The notes below the pieces were generated by a model. The model ran no database searches and was not told the origin of the DNA. It was given only the letters and a program-made list of their open reading frames with translations. Below are positions 38,494 to 48,489 of a stretch of DNA of 64,000 nt, piece by piece. The position numbers and the translations under genes were made by a program. Positions within the stretch are counted from its first letter, which is position 1, and the number at the start of each line of letters is the position of its first letter. Source of the stretch: Candidatus Sumerlaeales bacterium (GTDB lineage Bacteria > Sumerlaeota > Sumerlaeia > Sumerlaeales > Sumerlaeaceae); the NCBI GenBank assembly GCA_038243585.1, contig JBBSQY010000013.1, forward strand, positions 9,098 through 73,097. The letters are read 5' to 3'.

Positions 38494-39252
38494 CTACTTC
38501 TTGGTTATCCGCCAAACGAATCGCACATTCCCAACAAGATAACGCTTCCAAAGCCTTCGAGGTTCGAGAACAAGGCGGAAAAGCCACTCGAAACCGGCGC
38601 GGCGCACCCAGACTGGTGCCCGCGCCCGGCCCTCTCCATAATACTCAAACAGCGCTCCTACGCACCAGACAACCTTAACTCCCAGTTGATCCCGCCGCGC
38701 CCACGCCCATTTTTCCTGGAGCGGCACTCCCATTCCTACCAGCAAAATATGCGCTCCGCTGGAAGCCACGTCCGTAGCCACAGATTCTCCATCACCATCG
38801 AAAAAGCCGTCCCACACGCCAACAATCTGCACCCCCGGCACGTGCGAACGCCAGGCTTCCACAGCGCGATCAGCCACGCCAGGTCTGCCACCAACCAACG
38901 CAATCTTTAGCCCTCGTGCTGCTGCGATATGGCAGAACTTGAAGGTGAAGTCTCCTGCGTTTACCCGTTCCGGCAGATTGCCGCCTAAATATCGCGCGGC
39001 CCACACAATCGCCTGTCCGTCAGCGTACACGCAGTCAGCGGAGTTTAAAATTTTCCTGTATTCCGCGTCATCTGCGGCTATGTTTGAGCACGCCGCATTG
39101 AGATAGGTTACAAACGTTGGCGATTTAAGCACATTATCAGGTACCATTGCCTCAGAAATCAGCCAGTCGGCAAACTCCGAAACAGTGACCGCCTGCACAA
39201 GAATCCCAAGCACATCAGACGTACCTGCATCCAAACTCTCACCCCGCGTCAA
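38494..39252 (-). CDS. WecB/TagA/CpsF family glycosyltransferase
   Basis: ADGQAIVWAAR, the GGRPGVAD block, and C-terminal RAPVWVRRAGFEWLFRLVLEPRRLWKRY, characteristic of GT26. The TTG start overlaps the lptB stop. Confidence 0.85.
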   Translation of the reverse strand: MTRGESLDAGTSDVLGILVQAVTVSEFADWLISEAMVPDNVLKSPTFVTYLNAACSNIAADDAEYRKILNSADCVYADGQAIVWAARYLGGNLPERVNAGDFTFKFCHIAAARGLKIALVGGRPGVADRAVEAWRSHVPGVQIVGVWDGFFDGDGESVATDVASSGAHILLVGMGVPLQEKWAWARRDQLGVKVVWCVGALFEYYGEGRARAPVWVRRAGFEWLFRLVLEPRRLWKRYLVGNVRFVWRITKK

Positions 39253-40007
39253 CCTTGTGCTTTTTTCCGTTCGTCAGGTGTAACATCCATGTAAAAACGT
39301 TCACCTAGGTAAAACTTACGGGCTTCTTCACTGTTAACAAGTTCAGCAGCAGTGCCTTGCATCATCACGCGCCCGCCAAAAATAATATAGGCCCTGTCCG
39401 TAACCGATAGAGTCTCACGCACGTTATGATCGGTTATTAAGACCCCCAGCCCCCGGTTTTGCATCTGGAAGATAATATCCTGCAGATCTTCAACAGCCTT
39501 TGGATCAACCCCGGAAAAAGGTTCGTCCAACAATATAAAATCAGGAGAGTTAACCAGAGATCTGGCAATCTCGACCCGCCGCCGCTCGCCGCCTGAAAGG
39601 GTATAAGCTACGCTTTTCCGCAGGTGGACCACGCCTAGTTCTTCCAACAACAGGTCCAGCCTCTCTTTGCGTTTTGACTTGCTGAGAGGCGTTGTCTCAA
39701 GAATTGCCATAATGTTTTGCTCAACCGTCAGCTTACGAAAAATGCTCATATCCTGCGGCAGATAGCCAAGGCCTAAATGGGAACGCTTATGCATGGGCAT
39801 TGACGTCACATCCGTTTCGCCTATAAACACGCGACCTTCTGTCGGACGGATCAGGCCAACCACCATATTGAAGGTAGTACTCTTGCCTGCGCCATTGGGT
39901 CCTAACAGTCCAACAATCTCACCTTTGTTCAGTTCGATGTTGACCTTGTCAACTACCCGCCGGCCACCATACTCCTTAACCAGCTCCGATGTCGCGATTC
40001 TTGCCAC
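39249..40007 (-). CDS. lptB: LPS export ABC transporter ATP-binding protein
   Basis: GLLGPNGAGKSTTF, LSGGERRRVEIARSL, ILLDEPFSGVDP, VLITDHNVRETL and the C-terminal YLGERF. This matches the LptB pattern throughout. Confidence 0.93.
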   Translation of the reverse strand: MARIATSELVKEYGGRRVVDKVNIELNKGEIVGLLGPNGAGKSTTFNMVVGLIRPTEGRVFIGETDVTSMPMHKRSHLGLGYLPQDMSIFRKLTVEQNIMAILETTPLSKSKRKERLDLLLEELGVVHLRKSVAYTLSGGERRRVEIARSLVNSPDFILLDEPFSGVDPKAVEDLQDIIFQMQNRGLGVLITDHNVRETLSVTDRAYIIFGGRVMMQGTAAELVNSEEARKFYLGERFYMDVTPDERKKAQG

Positions 40008-40131
40008 GGTTCACCTGTCTCTTTCAGCTTTCAAACGCCTGCGTTGCAAAAGTCTCGACAACAAAAACACCATTCTTTCAATATCTAGTCAGCCAGTCCG
40101 AAAAGTTCACGAAAAAGGATGATTCCGCTTA

Positions 40132-40647
40132 ATGCCACGCCGCCCTATATCTATTGTTCGATGGGTAATCAGCGTCATCATACTGATACCAACGCTCTTG
40201 GTTTGGAGCTTCTTCCTGACCGGCCACTGGAAATCCTTTAAAGTGATATCCAGAAGCATGGAGCCAACGCTCTTAGTCGACGATTATTTGCTCATGCGCC
40301 ATCAAAAAGATTTCCCTCTGCTCGACAACAAAGTGGTTGTGCTGGCAGATCCCTCCGGCGGAAAACTGGCCATGGTAAAACGCATAGTCGCTACCGCAAA
40401 CAGCACCGTTAGATTGTCGAACGGGCGCATATATCTGGACGGTTCAAAAACTCCCCTGCCCGGCGAGAGGGTAGAAGATACTCCCAACCATGAATGGAAG
40501 CTGGATCAGAATCAAATTTTTGTATTGGGGGACAATCGCAACAATAGCCAGGACAGCTTTGATTTCGGACCATTATTACGAACTGATATTATGGGCGTAA
40601 TCACGTACCGGTACTACCCGTTAGTTCGTGCGGGAGTAGTGCAATAG
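40132..40647 (+). CDS. lepB: Signal peptidase I
   Basis: N-terminal membrane anchor, SRSMEPTL (catalytic Ser box), KRIVA (Lys box) and GDNRNNSQDS. Confidence 0.9.
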   Translation: MPRRPISIVRWVISVIILIPTLLVWSFFLTGHWKSFKVISRSMEPTLLVDDYLLMRHQKDFPLLDNKVVVLADPSGGKLAMVKRIVATANSTVRLSNGRIYLDGSKTPLPGERVEDTPNHEWKLDQNQIFVLGDNRNNSQDSFDFGPLLRTDIMGVITYRYYPLVRAGVVQ

Positions 40648-40727
40648 CCTACGAATACCAGACATTAATAAAAACAAGAGACACCCCCTACAGAATCACA
40701 TTTTCAGAAAGCGGTACATCGCCGGAT

Positions 40728-41720
40728 ATGACTACGAAAGCAGAACAATCCCTGGCTCCCAGGGGCCGCGAAATAATCAATCAGGAAATTGAGGCGCTTC
40801 AGGCTATGGCTGGGCGCATCGGCGACAGCTTCGACATGGCAGTACATGCTATGCTGCAATGTACCGGACGGATCGTATTGACTGGTATGGGCAAACACGG
40901 CCTTATAGCCAGAAAGATTGCCGCCACGCTTTCCAGCACCGGCACTCCGGCTCATTATATCCACCCCGGGGAGGCCCTCCACGGCGATCTCGGGATGATC
41001 CAGACCAGCGATATCGTTCTGGCCTTGTCCAACAGCGGAACTACCGCTGAAGTCGTCGCCTGCATTCCTTTCTTTAAGCGGAATGGAAACCAGCTTATCG
41101 CTATGACCGGCAATCTACAAAGTCGCCTGGCTCTTGATGCGGATATTGTGCTGGACATTGAGGTTGAGCGCGAAGTTTGCCCGCTGAATCTAGCGCCCAC
41201 AACTTCAACCACTGCTGCCTTAGCCATGGGCGACGCGTTGGCTGTGGTGCTGCTTGAACAACGAGGATTCGAGGCAAGCGATTTTGCGCTGCGTCACCCC
41301 AACGGTGCTTTGGGGCGTCAGTTCAAGCGAGTTGGAGACCTGATGAAGGCGGGGTCAAACCCAACAGTTCCTAAGAAAGCTACCTTTCGCGAAGCAATTG
41401 CAGCTATCACCGCAGAAAAACATGGCGCGGTTTCCATTACAAACGAAGACGGTCGTCTTTGCGGAATCCTGACTGATGGAGATCTGCGGCGCATTCTCCA
41501 GCGAGAAGCCGATGCAAAAGACCGGACCGTGAACGATGTTTTCCACCAGCCAGTTAGCGCCGTAATGACACCTGACCCCTTCCGAATAACTGCTGACGTA
41601 CTTGCGACCCACGCCCTCACCATCATGGAAAACGGTTCCAGGAAAATTTTGGTACTTCCGGTAGTCGATGAACAGGACAAACCAGTAGGCATGATTCACT
41701 TGCATGATTTGATCGGGTAA
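40728..41720 (+). CDS. kdsD: Arabinose-5-phosphate isomerase (KpsF/KdsD; SIS plus tandem CBS)
   Basis: SIS motifs GRIVLTGMGKHG and ALSNSGTTAE. The C-terminal CBS pair ends LHDLI. Confidence 0.9.
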   Translation: MTTKAEQSLAPRGREIINQEIEALQAMAGRIGDSFDMAVHAMLQCTGRIVLTGMGKHGLIARKIAATLSSTGTPAHYIHPGEALHGDLGMIQTSDIVLALSNSGTTAEVVACIPFFKRNGNQLIAMTGNLQSRLALDADIVLDIEVEREVCPLNLAPTTSTTAALAMGDALAVVLLEQRGFEASDFALRHPNGALGRQFKRVGDLMKAGSNPTVPKKATFREAIAAITAEKHGAVSITNEDGRLCGILTDGDLRRILQREADAKDRTVNDVFHQPVSAVMTPDPFRITADVLATHALTIMENGSRKILVLPVVDEQDKPVGMIHLHDLIG

Positions 41721-41804
41721 GGCTTAAAAAATTCCCAGACCAGAGCTTCGTCAATCGAGGTAAAGCCGCAGCGGCAACGCCGGAAGTTGGACTAAATAGA
41801 AAAT

Positions 41805-41880
41805 TGGAGCGGGAGACGAGGCTCGAACTCGCGACATCAAGCTTGGAAGGCTAGTGCTCTACCAACTGAGCTACTCCCGC
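41805..41880 (-). tRNA. tRNA-Gly (anticodon UCC), CCA encoded
   Basis: The reverse complement folds as GCGGGAG-TA-GCTC AGTTGGTA GAGC-A-CTAGC CTTCCAA GCTTG-...-TTCGAGC-...-CTCCCGC-T-CCA. Confidence 0.92.
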
Positions 41881-42043
41881 TCACAACAGGCAATACTTCT
41901 ACCGAGTGGGCATTTACACGGTGCTTGAACCGTCATTCAAAGAAACAACCGAATTGGAACTGAGAAACCTGGCCGCAGACGAAAAACTGTTGCAATTCGA
42001 AAAATTATTTTCCAGTTTTTATTAAATCTTAAGGATGTATTCC

Positions 42044-42934
42044 ATGTTTTTAAAAGTGTTAGCCCTATCAGCAACAATGGTGTCTCTTTGCATTCCATGC
42101 CACGCAGCTCCCATTCCAGAAGACGCAAAAGAAAATGGCTTTGCCACCGGCTGCCAGGCTTACAGCTTTAACCGATACACCTTATTTGAGGCCATCGAAA
42201 AAACTGCAGAAGCCGGCGGCAAAATCATCGAACTTTATCCGGGTCAGAAGCTCAGTAAGGCCGAGCCTGAAACAGAGTGGAACCACCACGCCACCACGGA
42301 AACCGTCAATAAGGTAAAAGAAAAATTAAAGCTGCACGGCGTAACCGTAGTCAATTACGGCGTTGTCTCCGGCAAGGATGCCGCCGAATGGCGGCAGATT
42401 TTTGAGCTGGCAAAAACACTGAACCTGTATGCGGTCACTACCGAAGACGTACAAAAACTCGATATTATCGAGCCGCTGGTTAAAGAGTATGATATCCGGA
42501 TTGCCATTCACAACCATCCTCGCAAGATTGATAACCCTGATTATAAGGTGTGGGATCCACATTACGTTATGACAGCGATAAAAGACAGAGATTCTCGCAT
42601 AGGGGCCTGTGCCGACACCGGTCACTGGATGACCTCAGGCATAAATCCTCTGTATGCGCTGCGCGCGCTGAGTGGTCGCGTAATCAGCAGCCACTTTAAA
42701 GACAAGGGTGACTATGGCCCTGACAGCCACAACGTGGTTTTTGGGACAGGACGCGCCGAAATAGGGCGGTGCCTTGATGAGCTTCACAAACAAAAGTTTG
42801 ACGGCCAGCTTTCCATTGAACACGAGTACGACTGGACCGCGAGCGTCCCCGATATTAAACGCTGCATCGATTTCGTTCGCAACCACAAGATAGGTTCCGC
42901 GACGCCGGATGGCGAAACAACTGAAAAAGAATAG
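42044..42934 (+). CDS. Exported sugar-phosphate isomerase/epimerase (xylose-isomerase-like TIM barrel)
   Basis: Signal peptide MFLKVLALSATMVSLCIPCHAAP. Family-typical IAIHNHP, DTGHW and SIEHE metal-ligand blocks. ATG 42044 is preferred because of its AAGGA spacing. Confidence 0.82.
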   Translation: MFLKVLALSATMVSLCIPCHAAPIPEDAKENGFATGCQAYSFNRYTLFEAIEKTAEAGGKIIELYPGQKLSKAEPETEWNHHATTETVNKVKEKLKLHGVTVVNYGVVSGKDAAEWRQIFELAKTLNLYAVTTEDVQKLDIIEPLVKEYDIRIAIHNHPRKIDNPDYKVWDPHYVMTAIKDRDSRIGACADTGHWMTSGINPLYALRALSGRVISSHFKDKGDYGPDSHNVVFGTGRAEIGRCLDELHKQKFDGQLSIEHEYDWTASVPDIKRCIDFVRNHKIGSATPDGETTEKE

Positions 42935-42958
42935 TAACTGTTTCTTTGAGGACATGAA

Positions 42959-43658
42959 ATGCCCAGCCTGAATTCCGACGACTTCGAATTATTAACCTCC
43001 TTTCTCAGTCATTCTGAAGTCGAAGCGATTTGTAAATTTGATCGCTCAACACGGTAAGGATCAGGCGGGCTCTTCTGACGATTCGTTATTTACTGAACGC
43101 TACCTCCTTTCAACAAGACCGGTGATTCGCGCTCTTGCGGTATCGACCTTGTGCATGCCTTTGGCAAAAAAGTTATTAGGAAGCAAGGCTCGAGCAGTCA
43201 AGGCGACATTGTTTAACAAAAACGCGAAGTCAAACTGGATTGTTCCTCCACATCAGGATGTAACGATTGCCGTAGAAAAACGGATTGATATCAAAGGCTT
43301 CGGCCCGTGGACCGAAAAATGTGGTGTAGTTAACGTTCAACCACCTGTTAGCATACTTCAGCAAATGCTGGCTTTTCGAGTCCACTTGGATGATTGCGAC
43401 GCGGAAAATGGTGCCCTAAAAGTTTGGCCGGGGTCGCACGGGTATGGGCGGTTGCGGGATGACGGCATCGCCAATTGGATTCAGAACCATGATCCTGAAA
43501 TCTTTCCGGTCCCGCGTGGCGGCTGCATGATCATGCGGCCATTGCTCATCCATGCATCTTCTAAAGCCATTAATCCCTCAAATAGGCGAGTCGTCCATAT
43601 CGAATATGCCGTTACTAATTTACCCGGAGGTCTACGTTGGCTGGACGAACTCGCATAA
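42959..43658 (+). pseudogene. Phytanoyl-CoA dioxygenase (PhyH) family Fe(II)/2OG oxygenase, apparently frameshifted near codon 27
   Basis: The main ORF (43038..43658, TTG-initiated) carries PPHQDV and LLIHAS ligand blocks but lacks the family N-terminus. A 32-codon ATG ORF (42959..43057, MPSLNSDDFELLTSFLSHSEVEAICKF...) in the -1 neighbouring frame supplies it. The frames switch at AAATTTG (about 43034-43040). Confidence 0.6.
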
Positions 43659-43742
43659 AACTATCAGCGTCCCTCTGGGACTCAGCGTCTCTGCGTTAAA
43701 ATATTTCCTCGCCTGACAGAATTCAGCTTCAGCCCCAGGTCA

Positions 43743-45470
43743 TTATCCCGTCTTCGCCCCGGCCGGCTTTGCCAATAACTTCTCTGCGAACTTCCGCGAA
43801 GTCTCATCCACTTGGGCCCCGCTCAGCATTTGAGCCAAGGCCGTCGTTCTACTATCGCCCTCGACGACCCTCACCGCCGTAATAGTCCGATCCTTTACCG
43901 CTGTTTTTTCCACAACCAGGTGCCGTGCGCCGCGCGCTGCGACCTGCGGCAAATGCGTAATACAGATAATCTGGTGAGACGACGACAAAATTTCAAGCCT
44001 GTCCCCCACCCGCGCCGCCGCTTCACCACTTATGCCGGTGTCAATCTCATCAAACACAAGGGTCGGTATCTGATCGCGCTGGGCCAGCACGCTTTTAATT
44101 GCCAACATGATCCGAGAAATTTCCCCCCCGCTGGCTACTTTGCGCATTGGTCGAGGTACCTCGCCTGCATTAAGACTCACTAGAAACTCACAAATATCCA
44201 TTCCTGTAGCCCCAAATTTTTGCCCACCGCTACTATCTAAAGCTTCCGGTGTCACAGCCTCTAAACTGATTTTAAGTACAGCCTTTGGCAGTTCCAGTTC
44301 ACGCATTGCGCCCTGCACCCTGTCATCAAATTCCACACCAGCTTTTTTGCGAGCGGCTGAAAGTATAACACTCGTATTGTTTACGCTTTCCTCTGCGGCC
44401 TTCAGGTTCGTAGTCGCTTCCTCTAAGGAAGAGCCGTGATTTATAATATCGTCTAACTCTGCCGCCAGTTTTTCCGCAGTGGAAAGTACAGCTTCCAGTG
44501 TAGACCCGTATTTGCGCTTCAGGCTGCGAAGCAGTTCCAGACGATTCTCAATCTCTTCAAGACGATGCGGATCCCCTGCCACAATTTCCGAGTAATGCCG
44601 CACTCTTTCAGCAAGATCTTCCACGGCAAATCGCGCGGATTCTGCCTCCGTCGCCATAGATTCCTGACCCGGATCAAGAACCGCCATTTCCTGGAGAAGG
44701 CGCGAAGCCGCACCCACCTGCGTTATAACCGGGTTTTCGTGACGATCTCCCTCGTAAAGCATGTCATACACATCAGAGCAAATAATCCGCAAGCGCTCCG
44801 CATTATGCAAACGGCGGCGCTCGGTATCCAGAACGGTATCTTCCCCAGCCTTGATCTCCGCCTGGAAGATTTCCTGAACCTGAAACTCAAGAAAATCCTT
44901 TCGCCGCTGAGAGTCGCCCTGATCGGACGACAGTTGATCAAATCGCTCTCGGGAAAGACGCCATTCCGCATATGCAGCGCGGTACTCGGTCAATTCTTTG
45001 GAGTATTCGCCAAAGCTGTCCAGAACCTGCAATTGCACTGCCGGAGAATGAAGGCGCGAGTGATCGTTTTGTCCGTGCATATCAACTAACAAGGCACCAA
45101 GTTCCTTAAGTTGCGATACACTCGCGGCGCGCCCGTTTATAAATGTACGCGAAGAGCCGCCGGCCAGCAGATCCCGACGTAAAATAAGCGTATCCGCCTC
45201 ATCCGCATCATCGGGAGCGAAACTATTTTCATTGAGCCAGTGAATGATACTCTCTGACAACTGATGAAAGATACCCTCAATACCGGCCCTTTTGGCTCCA
45301 GATCGAATCATGTCAGTAGTAGCCCGCCCGCCTAGAAGGACGCGGAACGCGCCAAGCAGTATAGATTTCCCTGCTCCAGTTTCCCCAGTGATTACGGTCA
45401 GAGCTGGACCAAACTCCACATCCAGCTGATCAATGATCGCATAATTTGTAATGCGTAGCGCTTCCAGCAT
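43743..45470 (-). CDS. recN: DNA repair protein RecN
   Basis: MLEALRITNYAIID..., Walker A GETGAGKS, coiled-coil middle region, SGGEISR signature, and LVFDEIDTGISG. Confidence 0.95.
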   Translation of the reverse strand: MLEALRITNYAIIDQLDVEFGPALTVITGETGAGKSILLGAFRVLLGGRATTDMIRSGAKRAGIEGIFHQLSESIIHWLNENSFAPDDADEADTLILRRDLLAGGSSRTFINGRAASVSQLKELGALLVDMHGQNDHSRLHSPAVQLQVLDSFGEYSKELTEYRAAYAEWRLSRERFDQLSSDQGDSQRRKDFLEFQVQEIFQAEIKAGEDTVLDTERRRLHNAERLRIICSDVYDMLYEGDRHENPVITQVGAASRLLQEMAVLDPGQESMATEAESARFAVEDLAERVRHYSEIVAGDPHRLEEIENRLELLRSLKRKYGSTLEAVLSTAEKLAAELDDIINHGSSLEEATTNLKAAEESVNNTSVILSAARKKAGVEFDDRVQGAMRELELPKAVLKISLEAVTPEALDSSGGQKFGATGMDICEFLVSLNAGEVPRPMRKVASGGEISRIMLAIKSVLAQRDQIPTLVFDEIDTGISGEAAARVGDRLEILSSSHQIICITHLPQVAARGARHLVVEKTAVKDRTITAVRVVEGDSRTTALAQMLSGAQVDETSRKFAEKLLAKPAGAKTG

Positions 45471-45606
45471 GTGTGCGAAATCAACCTTTGCTATTTTTCC
45501 AAAACCAACCAGTTATTCGTACACTTCGAGGCTGCACGCCATGCTCAGAAGCGGCAAATTCAGCAACCCGTTTATGACAGAAGAGCACCTTCATACCATG
45601 TTTTCA

Positions 45607-48384
45607 CTATGAACGTATAATCTGGCTTATCTGATCAGCGGTGATAGACACTGTCGGCTGGAAGCTCTCGGACTTCATGTAAGCCAAAAGGCTATGCAGC
45701 ATTTGCCTGCATACCGGGTCGCAGGTTGCTCCATCTTTTAAGTCTATGCTGCTAACCAGTAATTTCCCGCCATCTATTTCGCACTCGAATATCAACCCCA
45801 GGCGTCGGGCGGTGAACCAATCATCGATGACTTGAACGATGGGTTTTATTTCCCTTGGAAGCAGGTTCATTATCATCGATCTTGAACGCTGAATTATATA
45901 CCACCATTGCCAATCGCTGTGATAGTCCGTAGGAAAATGAGCGAGGGCCGGATGTGATGGGTCACAGAGAATCCCAAGCGTATGGGGTTTTTGTCCCTGG
46001 GTCCAGGCGGTGTTCCAAAAGATACTGGAAAACCCCGGCGGAACCTGTCCTCGCTCGTCCCCAAGTATGCAATCATTATCGGGCATGAGCAGCACCTTAC
46101 GCCCGGCCTGCAACTGCGCGCGGCAGGATTCGTTTAAAGCAGATGCAATATGAACTTCATTCGACGAATCGATCTCGATGTTTGGTGGGTAAACCCAAAT
46201 ATCCCACGAGTTGCTTGGGCCTCCAACTGGGAGATTCACCTCAAAGGTCAGCCTTCGCGCCGCGGATTCATCCTTCAGGATTTGACGAATTTCCCCAAGC
46301 CGGCGTAGCGCGCCCGTGGGCAGAAAGCCAATTTCCAGAGTTCCCGAGTAAATTGTAATTTCGTTTTCAGAAAGCTTCCACGTCAGCTCTCCCGCAGGGA
46401 CGTCATCAGCACCAAATTGGGCCACAAGAAGATCAGCCGAGAATGCCTCTCCATTCGTAAAAATACGCTTTTCCAACCGCGCTAAAGGGACTACTGGACC
46501 GGCGAAGCTCCTATATTCTTCTGGAGCGATATAACCCTTTTCATCCCAAAAAGGGTCCAAAACTCCAACAATAGCGGTGCCCTGACCAGGGAAATCGTGT
46601 AGACCAAGCAGTTGGAATCCTCCCATACCCGGCGTTCTTAATGCAGATTCGATCTCCTCTTTATAACATAAAGACTGCAGTTTTCCCGAAGCCATTAAAA
46701 AGTCGCGGGCCTGATCGCTCATGCCAGACTCTTCCAAAAAGTCGCGAAATATCTCCAGATTACCCGGCTTTAAAGTTCCCGTGTATTTTGAGATTTCGTC
46801 AAAATTTGGATACACGCACCATTGCCCTACCTCGTGAGAAATGACCGGCGCGGAATACTGGCTGAGATAGTCCGAATAGTCCGTCATCGTCTCCGGTGGG
46901 CTTGCATTGATGCGGCTTTCCAGATTTTGATCCCAGTACTGAATGCGCGGATTGGCCCAAACCTGAAACTGGTTTTCCGGGATGAGAGGCCAGGCCGTGC
47001 CGGAGCTGAAAAGCCGCCTCGAATCCCGTTGCTTATAGTGATTAACAAACTCGGCCAAAAAGGTAGCCGCGCGAAAGCCGTAGGGTTCATTTCCATACAA
47101 CATCATACAGAAGGAGGGGTGATTGCCGTATTCCCGAAGGATGTGGTCAGCCTCCTGGTAAAGCCATTGCTCATACTTTTCGTCGAAACCGACGGTCGCC
47201 CAGGAGGCGCATTCGACTGAGAAAATAACCCCCTCTTCGTCGGCAGCCGCAAATGCCGCCTCAGGCGGGCACCATGAATGAAACCGCATATGATTTAGAC
47301 CATGCGTTTTTAGGATGCGCAATATACGTGTCCATGAAGGCTTATCTGTGGAAGGGTAACCCGTTAGCGGGAATACACAACACTCAAGTGTGCCGCGTAG
47401 AAAAACTGGTTTGCCATTAAGAAAAAATCCGCCACCGCGAGCCTTAAACTGGCGAAAACCAAAGGTGATGTTTTTTTGATCAAGCAGCTCATTTTCGGAA
47501 AAAAGCTTCACCTCCATTGCGTAGAGAGCAGGCTGGAACTCATCCCAATCAGTGATGGAAGCGACTAATGCAATATCAGCCCGAACGGAAGCCGTTTCCT
47601 GATAGCAACTTACCTCGATTTCTGCAACCTCCGAAACAACTTTTCCGGAGGCTAGATCGCGCACACTAATCTGAGCCCTGATCGGAATAACGTTCATGGC
47701 CACGCCGGCCAATAATATGGTTGCCCCCACGGACTTATTGTCTGCTGCTGGATAAACCTGCACATCATCGATTCTAAGGTTCTCAGCAACCCGCAGGCTA
47801 ATCTCGCCGACAATTCCGTTCCAATTTGTCTGAGAATGGTCACTTATGCTATGGGCGTCTTCGCCAACGTCCACATACATACGATTATCCACTAGAATAG
47901 TGACTTGATGAGTCCCGGGATCGAGCGCCCCCAGCAGATGTCGATGCGGTGTACTGAGACTGACTTGCAAACCGATCGCAAGGCCGTTGATCCACACTTC
48001 CGTTGTCCAGTGCGGCCGCTCCAATATAAGAATTACTTGCTTGCCAGCCCACTCTTCTGGCACAATGATGGCCCGCTGATACCAAGCGGCGCCAATATAA
48101 TGTTTCAGGGGCGTTAACCAGAACGGGAGTTTTAACTTACCCGCTTCTCGATACGTCTCATATCGATTTTCCGTAAAAAAACTGGTATCCCGGATACGGC
48201 CCGTCCACGACGTTTCCAGAGAAACATCGTTTCCTTTTCCGTTCTCGGTCATTGATCCCGGCAGGTTTATCTGTTCCGCCGTAAGTGTACGATCGAACCA
48301 CTGTTCCATGATCCCCTTGTCTTCAGGGTCTGTGGCAAAGCGCCAACTGCCGGCTAAGGAATAAATTCCTGTATCTGCATTCAT
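45607..48384 (-). CDS. Glycoside hydrolase family 2-like (beta-galactosidase/glucuronidase/mannosidase fold)
   Basis: N-terminal sugar-binding jelly roll (WYQRAIIVPEEWAG...VWINGLAIG), a TIM-barrel region with NHMRFHSW, and LYGNEP (acid/base Glu block). Length 925 aa. Confidence 0.8.
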   Translation of the reverse strand: MNADTGIYSLAGSWRFATDPEDKGIMEQWFDRTLTAEQINLPGSMTENGKGNDVSLETSWTGRIRDTSFFTENRYETYREAGKLKLPFWLTPLKHYIGAAWYQRAIIVPEEWAGKQVILILERPHWTTEVWINGLAIGLQVSLSTPHRHLLGALDPGTHQVTILVDNRMYVDVGEDAHSISDHSQTNWNGIVGEISLRVAENLRIDDVQVYPAADNKSVGATILLAGVAMNVIPIRAQISVRDLASGKVVSEVAEIEVSCYQETASVRADIALVASITDWDEFQPALYAMEVKLFSENELLDQKNITFGFRQFKARGGGFFLNGKPVFLRGTLECCVFPLTGYPSTDKPSWTRILRILKTHGLNHMRFHSWCPPEAAFAAADEEGVIFSVECASWATVGFDEKYEQWLYQEADHILREYGNHPSFCMMLYGNEPYGFRAATFLAEFVNHYKQRDSRRLFSSGTAWPLIPENQFQVWANPRIQYWDQNLESRINASPPETMTDYSDYLSQYSAPVISHEVGQWCVYPNFDEISKYTGTLKPGNLEIFRDFLEESGMSDQARDFLMASGKLQSLCYKEEIESALRTPGMGGFQLLGLHDFPGQGTAIVGVLDPFWDEKGYIAPEEYRSFAGPVVPLARLEKRIFTNGEAFSADLLVAQFGADDVPAGELTWKLSENEITIYSGTLEIGFLPTGALRRLGEIRQILKDESAARRLTFEVNLPVGGPSNSWDIWVYPPNIEIDSSNEVHIASALNESCRAQLQAGRKVLLMPDNDCILGDERGQVPPGFSSIFWNTAWTQGQKPHTLGILCDPSHPALAHFPTDYHSDWQWWYIIQRSRSMIMNLLPREIKPIVQVIDDWFTARRLGLIFECEIDGGKLLVSSIDLKDGATCDPVCRQMLHSLLAYMKSESFQPTVSITADQISQIIRS

Positions 48385-48489
48385 TGTGGATTCTGTCTAC
48401 GTGCAAAAAAACGAAATGGTTTTGTGAGGGAGCATTAAACCAGATGGTTAAGATGTTTCCGTGGAAATTGAGAAGCTAAATAAATAACG

